Below are positions 54,371-64,000 of a DNA stretch of 64,000 nucleotides, one piece after another. The notes beneath the pieces were generated by a model. That model made no database searches and was not told the DNA's origin. It saw only the letters and a program-made list of their open reading frames with translations. The DNA is taken from IMG/VR virus record IMGVR_UViG_3300044974_000943; one strand, written 5' to 3'. The stretch's first letter is position 1; every line of letters begins with the position of its first letter. Made by a program: the position numbers and the translations under genes. Source of the DNA: a virus.

Positions 54371-54606
54371 CGCTTAAATTGCTTAAGAATTAGTCCGACA
54401 CTTTTTTGTAGTGCCTGAGCTTCTTCTACCGTAAATGAGATTGTTTGTTGAGTCTTATAAGGCTCTTCTACACTTGCGCGTTCCTCAAAGTCGATAGTGA
54501 CACCGTTAGTACCTACATCGCGGAGTTCACCAACAACTGCATAACGGTATAAGTCCTCGCAGCCTTCAGGGTAAATGTAAAACACTTGGATGACTTCAGG
54601 TTCCAT
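54367..54606 (-). CDS. Hypothetical protein
   Basis: TAATG-coupled ORF. Confidence 0.6.
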   Translation of the reverse strand: MEPEVIQVFYIYPEGCEDLYRYAVVGELRDVGTNGVTIDFEERASVEEPYKTQQTISFTVEEAQALQKSVGLILKQFKR

Positions 54607-55505
54607 TATGCGCTTGTCTCATTATCGTAAGGATAGTCAGGTTCGTTGAGTCCGTCGTTGGCAATTTTGCTATTGAAGAACTCAGTTTCTTCTGGCGTTT
54701 CAAATGCTGAGTCGTTACCCCAGCGATTTGTTAAGCGGTCGCCTTCTTTCAAGTACGTAAGGTCAACGTTCGTAAGGCTGTCAATAGCCAGATAGCCGAT
54801 ACCCCAATTCACAATACGTTTCCACTCGTCAAACTCATTGAAACTAGGAGGTACAGTCAACAGCTTGCGTTCCATAATAGCTTGTTCTACTTTAGTTCTA
54901 TCCCCTAGAGCAAGTTTTGCCTCTATAATGTCTGGAAATTCAGATTGCAGCAAGCGAAGAATAGCTGCACCGTTAGCTTGTGGAACAATCCCTACTTTAG
55001 CTTCAGGGTATTTTGATGCAAAGTTACGGATTTCCTGTAGCTGTCCAATAATTTCGAGCTTGTCGCGAATGTAATCCAAGATACGGTAAGAATCCCCTTC
55101 CTTGGCAAGTACGACACCTACAGAATATACTGTGTTCGAGAATCCTGAATCCCACACAATGATTGAGTTGGAGATAGTTGTCACCACCCCATTTTCAAAC
55201 TTGTTTACTGGGGAGGCTGCTGAGTTGCCTTGAGTGCCTTTCGCTACTACGCGAAAATAAGTTGTGTCAGGTGCTTCGACGAAATCAGGGCAATCTTCGT
55301 CTGTAATACCATAAAAAATAGCGTCGAGATGTTCAGTGAACGCTTCCACTTCGGTGTGCATTTCGGGATATTTCTTTTCGATGTCTCGGAGGGTAGAGAG
55401 AAAATACTGATGCTGAATCTCATTTGCTACCCACTCTAGATTTTCGCGAGTGAGTTTGAGGAATGTCTTAATTGGTGCAATGAATTGGTTGTTCATGTAA
55501 GTCAC
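54606..55505 (-). CDS. Protein with a degenerate terminase-large-subunit RNase H-like domain and no ATPase
   Basis: VWDSGF...YSVGVV....YRILDYIR.K....YP....IVPQANGAAI..LQ matches the recalled Terminase_6C pattern; no Walker A. Confidence 0.55.
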   Translation of the reverse strand: MTYMNNQFIAPIKTFLKLTRENLEWVANEIQHQYFLSTLRDIEKKYPEMHTEVEAFTEHLDAIFYGITDEDCPDFVEAPDTTYFRVVAKGTQGNSAASPVNKFENGVVTTISNSIIVWDSGFSNTVYSVGVVLAKEGDSYRILDYIRDKLEIIGQLQEIRNFASKYPEAKVGIVPQANGAAILRLLQSEFPDIIEAKLALGDRTKVEQAIMERKLLTVPPSFNEFDEWKRIVNWGIGYLAIDSLTNVDLTYLKEGDRLTNRWGNDSAFETPEETEFFNSKIANDGLNEPDYPYDNETSA

Positions 55506-55564
55506 TTAGTTGATGTGGGTATTATGTCGGGGATTGGGGTGAGTGTCATCCGTCGAGGGAGGTA

Positions 55565-56053
55565 TTACCAGACATAATCTTTGGAGATACTAGTCCACAA
55601 CCTTCTCTGCTTAATTGACCTCACAAGATTGTAATAGTAACCCATGTCACGAACTTTGGATGGTTTCAGACCTTGTTGAAGTAGTTCACAAATCTCAATA
55701 ACAATTTTTTCAGTTGTCTTACATCTGGCATTGCTTTCACCAATAGCAGAACGTTTTTCATTGTCGTAGCTGTACTTGATGTTGTTGCCGTGAGTCATCC
55801 ATTCCAAGTTTTCAACTCTGTTGTTACGCCTATCGCAATCGATATGGTTGACATCCGAGTAGTTATTAGGGTTGTCAAGAAATGCTTCGGCTACTAATCT
55901 GTGAACTGCTTTAGATGTATACTTACCATCTAGGATAAGAGAAACAATTAAATATCCTCTTCCGTTATCGTGTTGCGATAAAGGTTGACCCCTTCTACCT
56001 AACACAACACCTTCTTTATTAACCTGATAACCATTGTAAATTTCTTTAAACAT
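55565..56053 (-). CDS. HNH homing endonuclease
   Basis: VHRLVAEAFL.NP....VNHIDCDRRNNRVENLEWMT..NN. Confidence 0.92.
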   Translation of the reverse strand: MFKEIYNGYQVNKEGVVLGRRGQPLSQHDNGRGYLIVSLILDGKYTSKAVHRLVAEAFLDNPNNYSDVNHIDCDRRNNRVENLEWMTHGNNIKYSYDNEKRSAIGESNARCKTTEKIVIEICELLQQGLKPSKVRDMGYYYNLVRSIKQRRLWTSISKDYVW

Positions 56054-56057
56054 ATAT

Positions 56058-58628
56058 TTAATGGCATTTTGCCCAATTATAATTAACCATAATTTCAGTC
56101 TGCAAATGAACACTTAGCTTAAGAAGTTTTTCAGTTTTTAATATAGCATCGGATATAGCTCTAGAGATATCGTTCGGAAGGACTATATACCAATTTTTGT
56201 CGTGCATTAAAGGAGAGATTTGTTCACCTTTCCAATTTTCCACAAACTGACGACCTTCTTCTTCACTAGTAAACTTTTTGATTTGTACCATGTGTTTTTT
56301 GATGCGGAGAGCTTGTTCATCGTGCATATGAATCATCTCAGCTACATCAGGTTCAGCTACAAAACAATCAATACAATACCCTTTTTCCTCCAAAATTTGC
56401 ATTGACAAAACATTAGTATATTTGGCACAAATAATGCCTGTAGACTGAAACAAAAAATTAAGTAGAGAGTGCTTAGAACGTGTATTAATTTTTCTACCGT
56501 CGATTGTTCTTATCCAAGTTTTACCATTTTTGTTCCAATGTTTTTCCAAGTTGTCGCGCAACTCTTTTAGTGCAGGAACAGCTTGCCAATACTCATCGTA
56601 AATTCTTTGTCCCTCTTTTAAAGAGACAGACAACATTTTTGCAACTTTGGCAGGTTGACAACCATAAATTAAGGCATACTGAAGAGATTTTGCATCGCTT
56701 CTGGGTATTCCTAATTTAATGCTGTTTTTGGTGTGAATGTCATTGGGTTTGACAGCAACCAAATCTTTTGCCAACTCTTCCCCATTCGTGTATTTTAAAC
56801 ACCACAAAGCCATCACCATCGCTTCTAAAGATGAAAAGTCATAGGAGAATTGAAAAGCCCCAGAGCCACACCCAAAAAGCTCTCGCATTTGAAAACCGTA
56901 AGTGCTGGTAACTCTGGGTATGTTAGTGATGCCGATATGTCGATAACGATGACTTGCGGCTCCAATTTCGATGGCTGGTGCAGGTATTCTTCCATCAACC
57001 TGACGATATTGGTTTAAATATCCTGAGTTTGGCGGATTATCCTCGTTAAACTCCCACTCTTCATCGTCAACACCACCTGCAATCGAATTTTTGCGGTGTT
57101 TATAGGTAAGATACAGAGCGAAATCTTTGGCAAACGCAACTTTTTCTCCAATTTTAATAAGAGACGGGCAAAGCTCTTTCTCAACCCCGACCCGTATACA
57201 AGGAGAAGTGGGGACTACCACTGGTCGATTCCCTTTAATTTTCTCTGCTAGAGTAGGAAACAGATTTTCTTCGTTCAGTTCAAGAATCTCTAATCTTTGC
57301 TCTTTATACTTACCATCTTCGATAGTTTCTTTTACATAGCGTCGCAAAGCTGCCAAACGTTTTTCGTAAGGTATCGATTGTTTTTTAGAGTCGCAGATGA
57401 GGTTCCTAACCCGAAATTCGGTGGGTTGCCAATTTTTTGAAATAAGGACAGACTTCACCCAGTCGATATCGTCAATATCTGCTTTAATATGGCTCTCTAG
57501 CGGTTCATTATAAGGCAAGAGATACATTTGCCCCTTATAAAATAGAAGCCACTCCTCGTCGATTTTTTCGATAGTAGCACCAACTCTTTCAGTAAAACGT
57601 AGCATCACATCGCTAGGTTCAGTAAACTCAGGAACTAGAGCTTCGTAGTAAGGCAATTGAAAAGTCTGACCACCAAAAATGAAACTAAAATCTCCTTCGG
57701 TATACTCAATTTCTTCTTGGTTGGTTAAGAACTTAACAACCGCAGACGAAAGTTTACCGTCTTTCTTGATTTGTACTTTAGGAAGATAGACAGCTTTATG
57801 AATTTTTAATTGATTAACGGGAGGAGTGACTTCTGCAAGTTCCCCTTTATTACGAGGTTTTGGAGGAAGAATTGGATTAATGGCATCCGCAATCGCTTTC
57901 ATTTTCTCTTGGAGGTCAGCAACCGCAATTTTCGCTTTTTCAACGTCAAATGCGAAACCAAGGTGTTCTCGTCTTACTCCAAGGTCACACAACTTCGCCT
58001 CCATCTTAAAAGCTTGATGCCAGCCCGAATATTCCAAGTACTCAGCCCACAAGCGCTGAAACAGTTTGCAAGTAACTACTGTATCTTGCTGACAATAATC
58101 AAGCAAAAGGGGTGTCCAATTTAGGAACTGTTCGCCTTTGGGGGAATTTTTTTCAATATAACCCGCAGCAATACAAGCAGCACGATAATCTGACTTCTCT
58201 GTTCCCAACCGTTGACCCCAAACTTCGAGCGAATGTCCCATGCCTTCAGGGGTATAGCGGTCAGGACTTAGCAAGCGAGATAAGAGCAACGTATCAACAA
58301 TTTGGCAAGATTGCCCAAACACTATATCGGGCTGGTCAAGATATCCAATTCTGTAATCAAGAATACCAAATAGCTTCAACGCTGGAAAGTCGAACGAGAT
58401 GCCATTATGAGCTACCAAGTGTGTGCAACCATGCAAAACAGTTCTGAGCCAGTGCTTAGTAATTTCCTCCTTCTCGGCTGAGTGCGTCTCTCCTGTTTCC
58501 ACGTTTCTTACAACAACACAGTGCAACTTCGCGCTAGGAAGTAACTTGTAGGGAAAACCAGAATAGTCCAACATACCTGAAAGGAGGTTATTAGTTTCAA
58601 TGTCAATCGCCAAAATTCTATCTAACAC
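56058..58628 (-). CDS. polA: Family A DNA polymerase, T7-like, with 3'-5' exonuclease
   Basis: DIET, HNGISFD, YCQQD; motif A DFSSLE; motif B AKSLQYALIYG; motif C HDE. Confidence 0.95.
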   Translation of the reverse strand: MLDRILAIDIETNNLLSGMLDYSGFPYKLLPSAKLHCVVVRNVETGETHSAEKEEITKHWLRTVLHGCTHLVAHNGISFDFPALKLFGILDYRIGYLDQPDIVFGQSCQIVDTLLLSRLLSPDRYTPEGMGHSLEVWGQRLGTEKSDYRAACIAAGYIEKNSPKGEQFLNWTPLLLDYCQQDTVVTCKLFQRLWAEYLEYSGWHQAFKMEAKLCDLGVRREHLGFAFDVEKAKIAVADLQEKMKAIADAINPILPPKPRNKGELAEVTPPVNQLKIHKAVYLPKVQIKKDGKLSSAVVKFLTNQEEIEYTEGDFSFIFGGQTFQLPYYEALVPEFTEPSDVMLRFTERVGATIEKIDEEWLLFYKGQMYLLPYNEPLESHIKADIDDIDWVKSVLISKNWQPTEFRVRNLICDSKKQSIPYEKRLAALRRYVKETIEDGKYKEQRLEILELNEENLFPTLAEKIKGNRPVVVPTSPCIRVGVEKELCPSLIKIGEKVAFAKDFALYLTYKHRKNSIAGGVDDEEWEFNEDNPPNSGYLNQYRQVDGRIPAPAIEIGAASHRYRHIGITNIPRVTSTYGFQMRELFGCGSGAFQFSYDFSSLEAMVMALWCLKYTNGEELAKDLVAVKPNDIHTKNSIKLGIPRSDAKSLQYALIYGCQPAKVAKMLSVSLKEGQRIYDEYWQAVPALKELRDNLEKHWNKNGKTWIRTIDGRKINTRSKHSLLNFLFQSTGIICAKYTNVLSMQILEEKGYCIDCFVAEPDVAEMIHMHDEQALRIKKHMVQIKKFTSEEEGRQFVENWKGEQISPLMHDKNWYIVLPNDISRAISDAILKTEKLLKLSVHLQTEIMVNYNWAKCH

Positions 58629-58752
58629 TCAATTTCTCCTTTAACTCGTTTATCTCTTTCTGCTGTTTGCATACTATCTCTTTCAATTTGGCTACTTCAA
58701 GCACAGTAACTCGTAAATATTCTGCTATAGTCTGAATTTGTTTTTCCATTCT

Positions 58753-59403
58753 TTAACTCTCCAAATAATTGACTACAAACTTCACAAAATCATCAAAATG
58801 AGAATGATTATCAAAATCATTATTATCGAGCCAGTAGTCAGGTATCTCTACCTTGTTGTAAAAATCCCACTGCAACAACTCACTCTCTGGCGGGTGATGC
58901 TCATAATTTTCTCCAAATTGTGCAGACTCACGATGACACTGTAAAACAGCAGCTTTTTCATTGTGAATATACACAACTTTTCCACCCTGAGAACGTACCC
59001 AATCTAGCTCATTTTGATAACGTAAATCTGAAATGAGTAAAATACTTTCAGAAGAATTGTATCTTCTGTCAAGAGCATTAATAAAAACATCTTCGCCAAG
59101 TTCTTCGCGGAGCAATTGCCCTACTCTTTTCTGCACATCTCTCGAAGACCACTTAGACTCGATGCCAGAGCGATTATAGCCAAATACAAAACGCTTCTCT
59201 TCTTTCAAACTGCGGTCTTGCAGTTCCTTGCCACTGATGCCAAGAATAGGTGTTACAGCTTCATTTAACGAGTCTGCGAAGCGGCAACGCACCGTAGACA
59301 TAGTGTAGCGGTGCTGATATATCAATCGAGACTGCAAGCGATTCATTATGAAGTCTTTACCAGAGTTTATTGAACCGCAGCAACAGATAATTTTCCTAGA
59401 CAT
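58753..59403 (-). CDS. Deoxynucleoside monophosphate kinase (T4 gp1/T5-like)
   Basis: GSINSGKD, FADSL, SRDVQKRVG, ISDLRYQNE. Confidence 0.85.
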   Translation of the reverse strand: MSRKIICCCGSINSGKDFIMNRLQSRLIYQHRYTMSTVRCRFADSLNEAVTPILGISGKELQDRSLKEEKRFVFGYNRSGIESKWSSRDVQKRVGQLLREELGEDVFINALDRRYNSSESILLISDLRYQNELDWVRSQGGKVVYIHNEKAAVLQCHRESAQFGENYEHHPPESELLQWDFYNKVEIPDYWLDNNDFDNHSHFDDFVKFVVNYLES

Positions 59404-59596
59404 TTTTCCTTACCTTCTCACCGATAACAACGATACCTATACTAGAACCAAAAAACACAGCAAACTGAGTCAAGTAACCTTTTGCATCTTTAGGGTAGAT
59501 GGCAGTAAGTATTAGTGCAGATAGACTTGCACCAAATAAGACTGCTGTAGTTTGCAAATAGTACCGCAGAAATAGCCTATTAAAACTCATCCTCAA
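59396..59596 (-). CDS. Small two-helix membrane protein
   Basis: Two hydrophobic stretches and a basic C-terminus. Confidence 0.55.
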   Translation of the reverse strand: MRMSFNRLFLRYYLQTTAVLFGASLSALILTAIYPKDAKGYLTQFAVFFGSSIGIVVIGEKVRKNV

Positions 59597-61232
59597 TAAT
59601 CTCCTCAGTTACAACTGAACTCACATTACCAGCAATACCATCAATTAGCATCTCCTCTAGGACATACCCTGTGCCAGCTTCATCTACTACTGTGTAGGTA
59701 ACGTCACGCAAACTTGCCTTTTCGCTTCTTGCGGTAACAGTGAAATCTTCGCCATTATGTGAAACTACATCACCAACTTGATACAAGAATGAGGTCGTCA
59801 ATTGCTTCAGTCGCTCACGCTCCTCGTCAGAAAAGAGAAGTTTGAGGGCAGCTTTGCGGCGGTCAGCAGTCCAATCGTGTGTCAAGTCATACAGAGCGCG
59901 TTTGTCGCGTAGTTGCATCATGTTATGGGCATCTAGGACGGCAGGGCTATATTCTTTAGCAGCTTTCTCTGGCTCAATCATCCAAAGTGACTCAGACGGC
60001 ATCGCATAGACGTTAGTAGTACCGTTGTGCTTCTGAATAATACTCTGATTATCGACAAGGCATAGCAGACTTTGTTTCAACTCAAAACTAGAGCCTAGAT
60101 TACTGAGGTCTTTCAACGTAAACTCTTTATCAGGATTAGTCGAGAAAAATCGAAGTAGCTTACCAGTTAAGTTGTCGTCAAGGGTTTGAGACTCGGATAG
60201 CACCTCAAGACCCCACAGACCATCTTCTTGCGTAATTTGGCGATACTCGATAGTGATTGGCTTGCCTTGGCGCGGAAGTGTCGTTAAAGTGATTGGTAAG
60301 TTGTTATCAGAGCTATACTCGTCCTCTTTTTTCTTAAAGATTCCGATGATACCCGATGAGTTCGAGGCGATACTAGTCGAACCAGACAAAGCAGCTACCA
60401 GATTGCCCTTTTTACCATCCTTAGCACCTTGTTTGCTGAAGTGGTGAATGAGAATACCGCAAGTATCGGTCTGAACGAATACTGCCTGAATTTTAGCGAT
60501 GATTTTACCAAATTCCGACGTATTTTCTGAGTGTTCGCTGTTACTTGTGGAGGCGCGAAGCGAGTCGATGATAACTAATGTAGGTTGATGCTTGATAATC
60601 TGCTGCTGAAGGTATGGGATATCGATAGTAGCGTCGAATAAGCGCTCGAATACCAAACAGTCGGGGTCAAAGTTGACTTGCAAACTGACTTCGTTGTTGT
60701 TTTTAGCGCCAAAACCAGTCATATGCGCCCTTTCAGCGATAGTTCTGCGGTCTTCTTCCAACTGAAAGTAGAGAACCTTACCTTTGCGAACGGGCATACC
60801 CAAAAATCTTCCTGAGATGATAAAAGAATAGGCGAGATGATAGCCCATCAAACTTTTACCAGTCTTAGGGGCAGCACCGAAAATGTAAAGCCCTGAAGTG
60901 CGGAGAAAATTAGGAATAAGCCAGTTGTCAGTCGGGTCATAGCTTGCGAGAACGTCACGAATATTAACACTGCGCTCGAATGTTGGTTTAGGTGCAACAA
61001 TATCTTCGATGTCGTGATTGATTACTTTGGAATCGAAGCCCAAAATTGGATACCACTTCTTTTCAAGGCAAGACATAAGGTAGCGCTTGACCAGCTTTTT
61101 GTTCTGCAAATCTTTGTCGCTCAGTGTATCGATATAGTTTCGCAAATCTTGTTGGTACTCTGCGAAAATTTGTACTTTATTTTCAAGTGTGAAGTCAATT
61201 TTCTCTAAACCGAGGCTTTCTGTGTATTGCAT
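59580..61232 (-). CDS. SF4/RepA-like (AAA_25) helicase
   Basis: GAAPKTGKS, VLYFQLEE, LVIIDSL, ILIHH..K, LSGSTSI. Confidence 0.88.
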   Translation of the reverse strand: MQYTESLGLEKIDFTLENKVQIFAEYQQDLRNYIDTLSDKDLQNKKLVKRYLMSCLEKKWYPILGFDSKVINHDIEDIVAPKPTFERSVNIRDVLASYDPTDNWLIPNFLRTSGLYIFGAAPKTGKSLMGYHLAYSFIISGRFLGMPVRKGKVLYFQLEEDRRTIAERAHMTGFGAKNNNEVSLQVNFDPDCLVFERLFDATIDIPYLQQQIIKHQPTLVIIDSLRASTSNSEHSENTSEFGKIIAKIQAVFVQTDTCGILIHHFSKQGAKDGKKGNLVAALSGSTSIASNSSGIIGIFKKKEDEYSSDNNLPITLTTLPRQGKPITIEYRQITQEDGLWGLEVLSESQTLDDNLTGKLLRFFSTNPDKEFTLKDLSNLGSSFELKQSLLCLVDNQSIIQKHNGTTNVYAMPSESLWMIEPEKAAKEYSPAVLDAHNMMQLRDKRALYDLTHDWTADRRKAALKLLFSDEERERLKQLTTSFLYQVGDVVSHNGEDFTVTARSEKASLRDVTYTVVDEAGTGYVLEEMLIDGIAGNVSSVVTEEIIEDEF

Positions 61233-62167
61233 CCTTTTAATAATCCTAATAATTCTTCTCTAGTACAAATTTCCCACGAATCGATTGCGTCAGCCGCATC
61301 ATAATTTTTTTCTGACTCTTTGCCGAGCAGTTCAGCAATATTGTAGCTCGATGCGTTTATGCCAGACTTCCATGCTTCATGTAAGAACTTTTGTGCTTTA
61401 GCTTCGCCTACTTCGTCATTATCGGTTAAATAGACGATATTACGCACCTTGTAACTCAAGCACCTCATGAACTTGGCTAGATAGCTTTGTTGATATACGA
61501 AACTTGGAAAGCTCAGTGCTGCGATTCCTATTTGCTGAAGCGCCGCCGCGCATTTTTCTCCTTCAACGAAAATAACAGATGATTGAGCATACTTTGATAA
61601 GTAGATTGGGACGTTTCGGAAGGTTGTAGGAACTTCATTTACCCATTCTCCATTGTCTTTTTTAATACGAAAGTAGAAGAACTTTTTCTCGCCGCTATTG
61701 GGTGCGGGGTCGATGCGATTAACGGTGAAATCGTCATATTTGTAGATTGTTAATTTTTTACCGTCCTCAAAGAAGGTGTGCCAAGGTTTTTCATAGGGCA
61801 AAGAGGAATAGAATTGAGTGACATCGATTTTAGTGAGGTTTAGTGGTAGCGGTTTTATGATATCAAATGTCAAAGGTAGACGCATCTTCCTTGAGTTGTA
61901 TTTACTTCGAGGAGGTTTAAATTCTCCTTTAGTTAAGTATTCTCTAATTGGGTTTGGATTAATACGTTGACAATCATTTGTATAGCAAGAATAAGCACCA
62001 CTTTTAGTTCCTGAACTAACAATTTTAAGGATTCCACCGCAAGCTGGACATTTTGCTTTAATCCAACTGGAGTGATGCTCAAGTTTTTCTAAATCATCCA
62101 ATTTTTGCAGGTAATTCAATATTAGAAACACTATTCTCCGACTCCGTTTGTGCTGAGTACTGTTCAA
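61205..62167 (-). CDS. Toprim primase with N-terminal Zn finger
   Basis: CPAC..CYTNDC; VIFVEGEKCA; YLTDNDEVG; YDAAD. Confidence 0.85.
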   Translation of the reverse strand: MNSTQHKRSRRIVFLILNYLQKLDDLEKLEHHSSWIKAKCPACGGILKIVSSGTKSGAYSCYTNDCQRINPNPIREYLTKGEFKPPRSKYNSRKMRLPLTFDIIKPLPLNLTKIDVTQFYSSLPYEKPWHTFFEDGKKLTIYKYDDFTVNRIDPAPNSGEKKFFYFRIKKDNGEWVNEVPTTFRNVPIYLSKYAQSSVIFVEGEKCAAALQQIGIAALSFPSFVYQQSYLAKFMRCLSYKVRNIVYLTDNDEVGEAKAQKFLHEAWKSGINASSYNIAELLGKESEKNYDAADAIDSWEICTREELLGLLKGCNTQKASV

Positions 62168-63131
62168 TTATCTGTTGTAAAGGCAAGTCTATACTAAAGC
62201 ATTCTTGCATACCATTAAACTTTATTTCAGGTAAGTATTTATAAAACTTGTATTTCCTTTTTAATTCGACTTCTAAATCAAATATAATTTTAGGATTCGT
62301 ATCTATAACCTCATGTATCACAGTAGTACTATAAGGTATATGGCTGGCTCGGTATGAGGTTTTTAAATATGTCCTACCTATTTTGTAAAAATGTTCGCTG
62401 CCATTGGTTAGAGAGAGTATATATAGTTTAAAACTATCGAAATACTTAGATATTTCCGCACTTTTAACCCAATTACTTAACCCCCAACCAGTAGGATTTT
62501 CAGCATGATATTTTAAATTAGTTTCGTACCCACACTTATAACATCCATGACCAGTTAAATGACCAGCAGGACTTTGTAAGTAACTCCCATGTTCTCTACA
62601 AACTATCTCGACAGGAATTTTAGCTGTTTCATAAATAGTTTTTGAGTAATCATATTTACTTCCGTGTATTTTTCTTGCTTTTTCTTCAAAAGTTTGTCTT
62701 GCAAGTTCCTTTACTGGCTCCAATCGATTGAGTGTACCACATTTTCTACAACCTGCACCAAATAAATGTGCATTTGCGGATTGCAGGTAATCCCCATGAA
62801 TACTGCAAATTATAATGCTTTTTGTTCTAGATGTTTTATAGATAAATTTTTCATAACTATAAACATTATTGTGAACTTCTTTTGCCTTTTCAACAAACAT
62901 CTGTCTTGCATTTTCGGTTCTAGCTTTACCTTTCATAACTATTGCACATTGCCTACAACCTACGCCTTGTAAATGACTTTGGGCGGTCTGTTGAAAGTCT
63001 CCGTGAGAAGCGCAAGTGACAGTTATTTTATTGTCTCCCCCTATATAAATACTATTTGTATAATCGTATTTATCTCCATGAACTTGTTTAGCTCTAGTTA
63101 TAAACTCTTGAGTTGTTAATCTTCTAGACAT
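62094..63131 (-). CDS. Putative homing endonuclease with three Zn-ribbon repeats and a GIY-YIG-like C-terminus
   Basis: 3x HG..YDY...Y....I.C..HG...Q....HL.G.GC..C; LYIL..FYKIGRT..G..ECF. Confidence 0.75.
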   Translation of the reverse strand: MSRRLTTQEFITRAKQVHGDKYDYTNSIYIGGDNKITVTCASHGDFQQTAQSHLQGVGCRQCAIVMKGKARTENARQMFVEKAKEVHNNVYSYEKFIYKTSRTKSIIICSIHGDYLQSANAHLFGAGCRKCGTLNRLEPVKELARQTFEEKARKIHGSKYDYSKTIYETAKIPVEIVCREHGSYLQSPAGHLTGHGCYKCGYETNLKYHAENPTGWGLSNWVKSAEISKYFDSFKLYILSLTNGSEHFYKIGRTYLKTSYRASHIPYSTTVIHEVIDTNPKIIFDLEVELKRKYKFYKYLPEIKFNGMQECFSIDLPLQQIIEQYSAQTESENSVSNIELPAKIG

Positions 63132-63137
63132 AATAAG

Positions 63138-63995
63138 TTAGCGTATTAATGTAATTTCTTTAGGGATATTGTTTTCCCATTCACAAGTATCGTAATTGTA
63201 CCTACCATTTGCATGAGACACCATTTGCCGCCAAGATTTTTCTAGTTTTTTTACACCATAAAAGTCTCGAAGGATTTCTTTAAAAACCTTAAAATAATAG
63301 TTCAAATCTTTACGATTTAAGTAGCAAATTTTGCAGTCCTCTTCATTGACGTATACCAATGTTGCACCGACAATTCCTGCACCATAAATATCTTTGAAAT
63401 TTGTCTGTTTGGTCAACGCAGCCGCATAGAACGACAATTGGAGACAGTTCTTAAACATCATATCTACTACGTCTGTGCGTGGCAAGCTTTTTTTCTTGAT
63501 TTTTCCAGTCTTAGGGTTTTTTTGGTACGAGCGTTTTGTCTTGAGGTCGGCAATAATAAATTGAGGCTCATCTAAAATTTCTCCGTTTTTGAATTGAAAT
63601 ACGTTTGCTGGAAGACAAAGGAGTTGGTCGTACCTGCCAGCTAACATTAGTGGTTCAGGATTTTTCGTCTCTAGCAAAGCGTTGTAGAAGAGGGGCATTT
63701 CGGCATTTGCAAATTCGGGTTCCACGTAACTATAAAAATTATCTATAGCAACAGCAGCTATTTTTTCTTCTACAAGATTGCCGAGACAATATACACCTTG
63801 CAATATATATTCCTCTACTAGAGAGTGGGCGGCAGTACCCACTCTTGCACTCTCAGCAGAAATCTCATCAGGGTCTTCACCCAAACTCCTCATCTTATCG
63901 CCCCACACCTCCAAAATATCTTCACCCTTATCATTCGTTAAATCTTCGTATTGACTTAACACAGTCGTTGTGCTGGCACATTTTAACCCGCACAC
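63138..63995 (-). CDS. PD-(D/E)xK (Cas4/MGME1-like) exonuclease, probably 5'-truncated by the window edge
   Basis: STTTVLS, SARVGTAAH..VE, AE, AGRYD, IIADLKT, LQLSFYA. Confidence 0.8.
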   Translation of the reverse strand: MCGLKCASTTTVLSQYEDLTNDKGEDILEVWGDKMRSLGEDPDEISAESARVGTAAHSLVEEYILQGVYCLGNLVEEKIAAVAIDNFYSYVEPEFANAEMPLFYNALLETKNPEPLMLAGRYDQLLCLPANVFQFKNGEILDEPQFIIADLKTKRSYQKNPKTGKIKKKSLPRTDVVDMMFKNCLQLSFYAAALTKQTNFKDIYGAGIVGATLVYVNEEDCKICYLNRKDLNYYFKVFKEILRDFYGVKKLEKSWRQMVSHANGRYNYDTCEWENNIPKEITLIR

Positions 63996-64000
63996 AGACT

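Noticed and set aside
56058-58628. Intein or intron in the long PolA
   Set aside because: The ORF is continuous; the extra length lies in the thumb/insert region; no C..HN splice motifs seen
59396-59596. Holin
   Set aside because: Two TM helices, but no endolysin nearby and located in the replication operon
2501-62972. Numerous short antisense or overlapping ORFs in the track (e.g. 3943..4437, 15664..16074, 41962..42432, 43090..43509)
   Set aside because: They lie in shadow frames of well-supported genes and show no motifs or start signals
63138-63995. Cas4 as part of a CRISPR system
   Set aside because: No cas neighbours; it sits in the replication operon as a typical phage exonuclease
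1-64000. CRISPR array, DGR or retron reverse transcriptase, integrase, transposase, alternative genetic code
   Set aside because: No repeat-spacer array or RT/recombinase motifs seen; long ORFs read normally and end at TAA, TAG and TGA

Overview
This is a 64-kb internal segment of a large, AT-rich tailed phage. The host is probably a cyanobacterium, inferred from the cyanophage-type class I RNR, ThyX, PhoH, Hsp20 and a KilA-N-like protein I recall from cyanobacteria. The minus strand carries replication, nucleotide-metabolism and putative counter-defence genes: PD-(D/E)xK exonuclease, Toprim primase, SF4 helicase, dNMP kinase, T7-like PolA, nrdAB, thyX, Hsp20, DarG-like macrodomain, RNA ligase and phoH. 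It also carries many small ORFs and four tRNA or tRNA-like genes. Virion genes (portal; LamG, FN3 and SGNH fibre or receptor-binding proteins) form a block at about 2.8-31 kb and also sit singly on the + strand inside the minus-strand operons. No major capsid, terminase ATPase, sheath or tape-measure gene was recognised. The most notable unexplained features are: (1) a ~225-nt multi-hairpin ncRNA candidate with its own promoter just after the portal gene; (2) a twice-present cassette of a conserved 31-bp DNA motif, a repeat-rich spacer, a VirE/wHTH-like protein and a T5orf172 GIY-YIG protein; (3) five + strand genes whose ATG lies exactly 6 nt after an NGN-TANNAT box, suggesting leaderless transcripts, alongside an atypical initiator-like tRNA-Met; (4) scattered small proteins sharing an MQHFA[DN]F or ANF N-terminal tag; (5) a C7 frameshift splitting one gene, an orphan degenerate terminase nuclease domain, and an RNR with an internal duplication and a QxCxE finger loop. 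All family calls come from motif recognition by eye; no searches were run.
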